Assembly: GCF_001194135.2 (NCBI RefSeq)
Contig: NC_068984.1
Location: forward strand, 123,947,516 to 123,980,019
Direction: 5' to 3'
DNA: 32,504 nt
Origin: Octopus bimaculoides
Taxonomy: Eukaryota
A program made the translations under genes and the position numbers. The notes under the pieces were generated by a model. The model was not told the DNA's origin. It saw only the letters and a list, made by a program, of their open reading frames with translations, and made no database searches. Positions within the stretch are counted from its first letter, which is position 1. Every line of letters starts with the position of its first letter. Shown here piece after piece: positions 25,141 to 32,504 of the stretch.

Positions 25141-26554
25141 CCCCGTCTGTCTATATATCTATATCTATATGATGAAGTTCATATAGATATATTCAAGAGG
25201 TGCATCAGGTTGACAACAAAAGGATGCGTTAAACAAACAAAAAGCAGAATGTATATGCAGTCAAGGCAACCATGAAATCGTTCCCATAATGTAATATCCC
25301 GACCTTTGTTGGTCCTTCAAGAAAATCTCATAAAACCTGCATATTAAAATCAGCAATACGCATGCCTGAACCAGTTACACTTCGTTACACACAAGTACAC
25401 GTATATGTATGAATGGATGTATGTATAAACGTATGTTGGTAAAAGTATATTTGCCCAGGTACATTTTGGATTTAGATGGTGGATAATCATTGGACATATG
25501 TAAGTGTCATTCTGAGATTTGTAAATAAAAGCACTATATTTTATTGTGTGTAATTGCACACGTTCATTCACATCTACACGCATATAAATACACACAAACA
25601 CACACACACACACACATATATATACCCACACATATATACATACATACTTATATCATATATATATGTGCATTTACATATGTTACGTTATGTCTATATATAT
25701 GATTATGTGAGAGTATATATGTATGCATATATATATATATATATATATANNNNNNNNNNNNNNNNNNNNNNNNNNNNNNNNNNNNNNNNNNNNNNNNNNN
25801 NNNNNNNNNNNNNNNNNNNNNNNNNNNNNNNNNNNNNNNNNNNNNNNNNNNNNNNNNNNNNNNNNNNNNNNNNNNNNNNNNNNNNNNNNNNNNNNNNNNN
25901 NNNNNNNNNNNNNNNNNNNNNNNNNNNNNNNNNNNNNNNNNNNNNNNNNNNNNNNNNNNNNNNNNNNNNNNNNNNNNNNNNNNNNNNNNNNNNNNNNNNN
26001 NNNNNNNNNNNNNNNNNNNNNNNNNNNNNNNNNNNNNNNNNNNNNNNNNNNNNNNNNNNNNNNNNNNNNNNNNNNNNNNNNNNNNNNNNNNNNNNNNNNN
26101 NNNNNNNNNNNNNNNNNNNNNNNNNNNNNNNNNNNNNNNNNNNNNNNNNNNNNNNNNNNNNNNNNNNNNNNNNNNNNNNNNNNNNNNNNNNNNNNNNNNN
26201 NNNNNNNNNNNNNNNNNNNNNNNNNNNNNNNNNNNNNNNNNNNNNNNNNNNNNNNNNNNNNNNNNNNNNNNNNNNNNNNNNNNNNNNNNNNNNNNTATAT
26301 ATAGACCACACATATAAGCATAAATATACGTATGTGTGTGTATGTATATACGTGCATACACACGTTCAGAAGAAAATGTAGAAAAAAAAACACAAAAAAC
26401 AAAAAAACTCAAAACAAACAAACAAGAAGAACAACTGAGAATATAAGACAACGAGAAATGTATTTATCGAGTTTCGATGGTTGTTGCTATGAAGATAAGT
26501 TATAGAATTACAGTTTCCGCTACACCGAATTCTACCAACCTCACACCAACAACA

Positions 26555-26990
<436 letters not shown>

Positions 26991-27633
26991 TAACTTGGAT
27001 ATTTACATTTTTTTGTTATTANNNNNNNNNNNNNNNNNNNNNNNNNNNNNNNNNNNNNNNNNNNNNNNNNNNNNNNNNNNNNNNNNNNNNNNNNNNNNNN
27101 NNNNNNNNNNNNNNNNNNNNNNNNNNNNNNNNNNNNNNNNNNNNNNNNNNNNNNNNNNNNNNNNNNNNNNNNNNNNNNNNNNNNNNNNNNNNNNNNNNNN
27201 NNNNNNNNNNNNNNNNNNNNNNNNNNNNNNNNNNNNNNNNNNNNNNNNNNNNNNNNNNNNNNNNNNNNNNNNNNNNNNNNNNNNNNNNNNNNNNNNNNNN
27301 NNNNNNNNNNNNNNNNNNNNNNNNNNNNNNNNNNNNNNNNNNNNNNNNNNNNNNNNNNNNNNNNNNNNNNNNNNNNNNNNNNNNNNNNNNNNNNNNNNNN
27401 NNNNNNNNNNNNNNNNNNNNNNNNNNNNNNNNNNNNNNNNNNNNNNNNNNNNNNNNNNNNNNNNNNNNNNNNNNNNNNNNNNNNNNNNNNNNNNNNNNNN
27501 NNNNNNNNNNNNNNNNNNNNNNNNNNNNNNNNNNNNNNNNNNNNNNNNNNNNNNNNNNNNNNNNNNNNNNNNNNNNNNNNNNNNNNNNNNNNNNNNNNNN
27601 NNNNNNNNNNNNNNNNNNNNNNNNNNNNNNNNN

Positions 27634-27741
27634 AAGCCTAGTACTTATTCTATCGGTCTGTTTTGCCGAACCGCTAAGTTACGGGGACGTAAACACACCA
27701 CCATCGGTTGTCAAACGATGTTGGGGACAAACAAAGACATT

Positions 27742-27791
<50 letters not shown>

Positions 27792-27962
27792 CATATATAC
27801 GACAGGCTTCTTTCACTTTCCGTCTACCAAATCCACTCACAAGGCTTTGGTCGGCCCGAGGCTATAGTAGAAGACACTTGCCCAAGGTGCCACGCAGTGG
27901 GACTGAAACCAGAACCATGTGGTTGGTAAGCGAGCTACTTACCACACAGCCACTCCTGCGCC
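27634..27962 (-). mobile_element. Family-C SINE with internal (TA)/(TG) microsatellite
   Basis: Minus strand ggcgcaggagtggctgtgtggtaag (A box), ggtttcagtccc (B-box-like), CORE-like caccttgggcaagtgtcttc; 3' end cut by a gap. Confidence 0.88.
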
Positions 27963-27996
27963 TGTTTGTTAAACGTACTCATATAATTGTATTTAC

Positions 27997-28054
27997 AACT
28001 TCTATTAGTGGAACAGTGAAGATTTGTAAGACGTTGAAAAAATTCTCTATCTGA
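27997..28054 (+). mobile_element. Tiny LINE C-terminal remnant
   Basis: SISGTVKICKTLKKFSI* parallels ITGTVKICKTFLKFIT* at ~28912-28962. Confidence 0.55.
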
Positions 28055-28589
28055 CTTTCTTTGGGCGAACAAACGCACACACATTTGGGTGCATGCACCG
28101 AGAGTTCAACCAATGCACTAACTCAACCACATATTTATGAACACCAGGAACCCTATTCACTCGAAAATGTCTTGTCGCTTTGTTAGCGACTGGCTTGAAC
28201 TCTCTAAAGAAGCGTCACAACCGGATGCAGTTTAAAGGCATACCCAGGACATTCATACATATCGAGCAGAGGTCGACAATGCCTGTGCTGAGTTTTAGGT
28301 CCAATGAGGCTTGCACAACACCTCATAGACCCTTTCCACTTTATTGACATTATTCAGAGACAAGCCGGAGCAAGATGTCTGGTGCCAATATAAGTCGCAG
28401 GTTCAGGGATGTGGGAGCGCCGTAATCTCTAGCACAAACCAAAGATCCCAAAAATGTCCAATGCCATTCCCTGCATACTTGGTTTTATATCAGAGTGACC
28501 TTCTCCTAGAGACATGCTTCAACAAAAGCTGAGGAGCGCCTCACTCCCAGTGGTCTTTCAGCACGCCGGACACCATCCCGGAATTTCTA

Positions 28590-28640
28590 TACATACATAC
28601 ATACATACATACATACATACATACATACATACATACATAC
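28590..28640. repeat. (TACA)n
   Basis: Direct reading. Confidence 0.97.
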
Positions 28641-28644
28641 TGTG

Positions 28645-29110
28645 AAAACCTCAATAAAATAGACCGAGAATAATGATTTGGGATAGAGAAGAGAAACTGT
28701 GTACACGTGTGGAAATCAGCTGTCCAGCAGATGTTAACATAAAACTGAAGAATAGTGAAATAGAGAATACCTACGCTGAACTATTGAGTAATCTGAAGTT
28801 ACTCTATCTAGAGTACAGGTTCAGGTTTATTCTTGTTATTATTGGGGCACTTGGATATGCAACACACTGCCTTAAGAAATTCTCAAAACCTGCAGACTAC
28901 AGATCCAAGCCATCACTGGAACTGTAAAAATCTGTAAAACTTTCCTGAAGTTTATCACTTAAGTATAGACATGCAACTATATACATGAGAAGACATACGT
29001 AAAGCAAAACGTAAAAATCTGCACATATGCTTAGATACACACAAAAATATCCTGTTGATATTGTTCAAATTCCAATGAAAGAGACTTGGATCTAGGTTGA
29101 ACCAGTCTCC
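28645..29110 (+). mobile_element. 3' end of a second RLE-type LINE family (endonuclease domain and UTR)
   Basis: MIWDREEKLCTRVEISCPADVNIKLKNSEIENTYAELLSNLKLLY...VIIGALGY; ends ...TGTVKICKTFLKFIT*. Confidence 0.85.
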
Positions 29111-29858
29111 ATATTGTATATCATTATAATTATTGGTATTATACACTCCAGATAATATTACCATCCAGAGAAGCGAACATGGAAATACCTATCGGAGGAA
29201 TTTACAGCGTGAGTGACAACGAATAGTAGTCATAGACGTTAAATACTAATCGATGCGGTTAGCCGTAACCTGAAGCATAAAGGGGAACCACCACGGTATC
29301 CGCACGGATAATATATCCCTCCAAATTCACATTAATATATATATNNNNNNNNNNNNNNNNNNNNNNNNNNNNNNNNNNNNNNNNNNNNNNNNNNNNNNNN
29401 NNNNNNNNNNNNNNNNNNNNNNNNNNNNNNNNNNNNNNNNNNNNNNNNNNNNNNNNNNNNNNNNNNNNNNNNNNNNNNNNNNNNNNNNNNNNNNNNNNNN
29501 NNNNNNNNNNNNNNNNNNNNNNNNNNNNNNNNNNNNNNNNNNNNNNNNNNNNNNNNNNNNNNNNNNNNNNNNNNNNNNNNNNNNNNNNNNNNNNNNNNNN
29601 NNNNNNNNNNNNNNNNNNNNNNNNNNNNNNNNNNNNNNNNNNNNNNNNNNNNNNNNNNNNNNNNNNNNNNNNNNNNNNNNNNNNNNNNNNNNNNNNNNNN
29701 NNNNNNNNNNNNNNNNNNNNNNNNNNNNNNNNNNNNNNNNNNNNNNNNNNNNNNNNNNNNNNNNNNNNNNNNNNNNNNNNNNNNNNNNNNNNNNNNNNNN
29801 NNNNNNNNNNNNNNNNNNNNNNNNNNNNNNNNNNNNNNNNNNNNNNNNNNNNNNNNNN

Positions 29859-29901
<43 letters not shown>

Positions 29902-30076
29902 TCTTAATATATTATCCTGTTATATAAATCAATTTGTGAGTATGCATGTTTGCATGTTCATCGAGTCGTTTAGCAGAGTCGATTATGGCAACACATCCAA
30001 TTGATCCGTGATAACTTCTACCTGTATTAGTGCTGCTAGGCAGGATTAACAGAAGATATATAACACATTGGTGCTA

Positions 30077-30143
<67 letters not shown>

Positions 30144-30430
30144 ATATATATATATATATATTTATATGTATGTGTATTTACAAACGCGCACAAATATATA
30201 TTTTTACATATATATTCGTACATACATACATACATGATTTCATACATACATGCATGTGCACACATATATATACTTGCATACATATATCCGTATATGTATG
30301 CATGAATAACATTATTAAACGCATGCACTGATGCACATATCATATCCAGCTATCTCACTGTATATGCATGTGTACACAAGATTGCGTATGTGTATGTGTG
30401 TGTGTCTATGTGTGTGTGTCTATGTGTGTG

Positions 30431-30463
<33 letters not shown>

Positions 30464-30492
30464 TTATGTGTGTTTCTGCGTGTGTGTATATA

Positions 30493-30790
30493 CAGGGGTT
30501 GGACAAAACAATGGTAACACAACTTTTTAGTTCAATGTATTTTCGGTTGGCAATGTGACAAAATCAAAACTATTCTAGTTTGTATATTTGTGTTCATATG
30601 CATTATGTATGTCTTGCACTTCATAACACAGCTATTTGTAGATTTTCTATTTTTTACTTTCATATGTATATTTGAAGAAGTTAAAATGTGCGACCTGACC
30701 GATTTGCAAAGAATAAAAGTTGTTGAAGATCGAATGATTGAGATTTAAGTCACGAAAACTGTTTCGAGAAGCATAGTCCCTGAAATCTTG
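30493..30790 (+). mobile_element. Tc1-like DNA transposon 5' end (TIR and decayed transposase N-terminus)
   Basis: TA then CAGGGGTTGGACAAAA at 30493. ATG at 30686 gives MCDLTDLQRIKVVEDRMIEI*VTKTVSRSIV, resembling the Tc1 N-terminus MGDLSDF.RGQIVGAR..G.SVTKTA. Confidence 0.75.
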
Positions 30791-30842
30791 TAGGTATTCT
30801 TTTCCAAAATCATGCTAAAACTAGCCCAGTTACGTACAAAGT

Positions 30843-32400
30843 TCACTGAATGTTTAACAATCGCCCTTTAGTTGTTGGTCATCTTTTGCAAAGAGCTTTA
30901 AATCATCTGTGTAAATGAGATGATTTATATTTTTATCAAACATTTTATAACCCTACTATACATCATTGAGCAATTTCGAGAGAGGTATTAAGGCTAGACA
31001 ATAGAGGAATGCTTATAGAGAGTCACCTTGGAAAATGCCACATGAAATTTTTACATGTGGTTCTCTATGATGTCATACTTACAGATAGAAAGTTTCGCAG
31101 ATAAGGTGCTATTTTATATATTTCCAGACATTTCTTAACCCATCTCTGTGGTTGACTATCAAAAGCTTTTTTATAATCTATCCAGGCTATCGACAAGTTT
31201 TTGTGTCGTTTGTGACAATCTTCCAAGATAATCTTATTGATGAGTAGCTGATCTTTACAACCATAGGACACAGGTTGTTCATTATGTAATATGCCACTTT
31301 CTATTAAAATACTATAGGTATATTCAGTCAAGACAGATGTTAGCGTATTGTTGTTAAGCAGGTTATGGGTCTATAATAATTTGGTTCATTTGTTTCTTCA
31401 TTTTTTGGAAGTAGCAATGTTACACCGTTAACTAGCTAAGAGGGAATCATACTAGGTTGTTGCAAAACATTGTTGTAAAGCTTTGTTAGCAGTTCAGGGC
31501 TCTCTGGGAAGGCATTCAACCAGAAGTTAGGAATTTTATCCTTTCCTGAAGACTTCCATTTGCTTGACTTCCTGAGAGCAGATTTTACATCATCTACCTT
31601 GATACACTCTTACTTTTGTCTTCTAAGGAGTCTAAGTCTGTGGATATTCCATCAATCCAAGATGCGTTTTCATTGTGTTTTTTTTCTTCTACTCAAATTT
31701 TATTCCAAAATTCCAGCACTTCTTTTGATGGGACAGGCTTTACTATAACTGGTATTTTCCCCATCTTCCTGTAAAAAGTTTTGGTGTTCTTTTTTTTTAA
31801 CATGTTGTCCTTGAAGAATCTAACGCGCTTTTCATACCTTGCTATGCGGGCAGCTCTAGCACATACCTTTTGCTTGATGGTTTCTTTGGTGGTATCAATG
31901 TCAAATATGGTTTTCATATTATATCTTTTCTTAATATTCGGATTTTTGTTGGTTTGATAATCTTGTTAAACTTAAGGCTTTTTAAACATTCTATGTCAGA
32001 CCTAAGTAGCTGAATTTGGTGCTGAATACGCAGTTGCCAACAAGGCTTTTTGTGGGAATGTTGTTTTCTAGTCTTTTCACCACATAGAATCGTTGAGATT
32101 TTCGCGGATGCATAGTATAGGTGGTTGAGATCTGTAATATCAACATCATTAGCTGAAATTATATCCTTAAGTGCAAGGCGGATTTTACCAATTATTTTCA
32201 GGTTTTGGTTACAATTGCAAATTTTTGTGAGAGTGTCGCGTTCATTCATACTGGTTTCTTTAATTTTCAGCCATTCAATCATGATTTGATTTTTTAGATG
32301 ATATAGTTTCAATGGGTCAATTTCTGGGTGACTTTCTTCATCTATTTGATTTTCATCTGCCTTAGTGTTTATGGGGCTATCTCTGTCATTCAGCGTGGGG
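30843..32400 (-). mobile_element. Decayed RLE-type (R4/Dong-like) LINE: N-terminal ORF region and reverse transcriptase
   Basis: PCWQLRIQHQIQLLRSDI; KSPGKDKIPNFW-like segment; GCKDQLLINK; IAWIDYKKAFDS; GIFQGDS; catalytic HLIYTDDLKLFAK (YTDD at 30913-30902). Multiple stops and frameshifts. Confidence 0.93.
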
Positions 32401-32404
32401 CTAT

Positions 32405-32504
32405 TTCTTCTTCTTCTTCTTTTTCTTCTTCTTCTTCTTCTTCTTCTTCTTCTTCTTCTTCTTCTTCTTCTTCTTCTTCTTCTTCTTCTTCTTCTTCTTC
32501 TTCT
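32405..32504. repeat. (TTC)n at the window end, abutting the 5' part of the LINE fragment
   Basis: Direct reading. Confidence 0.97.

Noticed and set aside
29188-29272. Minus-strand acceptor/donor pair as the upstream exon of the CaM-like gene
   Set aside because: Stops in all three frames from the acceptor and no LTEEQI-like sequence; could be a UTR exon but unsupported.

Overview
Repeat-dominated, AT-rich animal genomic DNA with many N gaps beside microsatellites. The SINE families and repeat load suggest a coleoid cephalopod, probably Octopus (inference from recognised repeat types). Only one protein-coding exon is well supported: a 144-bp, phase 1-1 calmodulin-like EF-hand exon on the minus strand (22121-21978), about 71% identical to canonical calmodulin, so a paralog rather than CaM itself. 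Most of the window is probably intron or flank of this gene. The rest is at least three tRNA-headed SINE families, several decayed fragments of RLE-type (R4/Dong-like) non-LTR retrotransposons, a mariner MITE, a Tc1 5' end, and extensive simple repeats. Nearly all ORFs in the supplied track are microsatellite or gap artefacts. The best leads are: a 24-nt minus-strand microexon with a neural-microexon-type splice signature (7981-7958); inverted SINE arrays flanking the EF-hand exon; an RFX X-box plus TATA motif cluster (about 15040-15470); and a tRNA-like hairpin with a hammerhead-like motif nearby (5925-6160). All are hypotheses; I could not run any search or folding. Most repeat boundaries are approximate.
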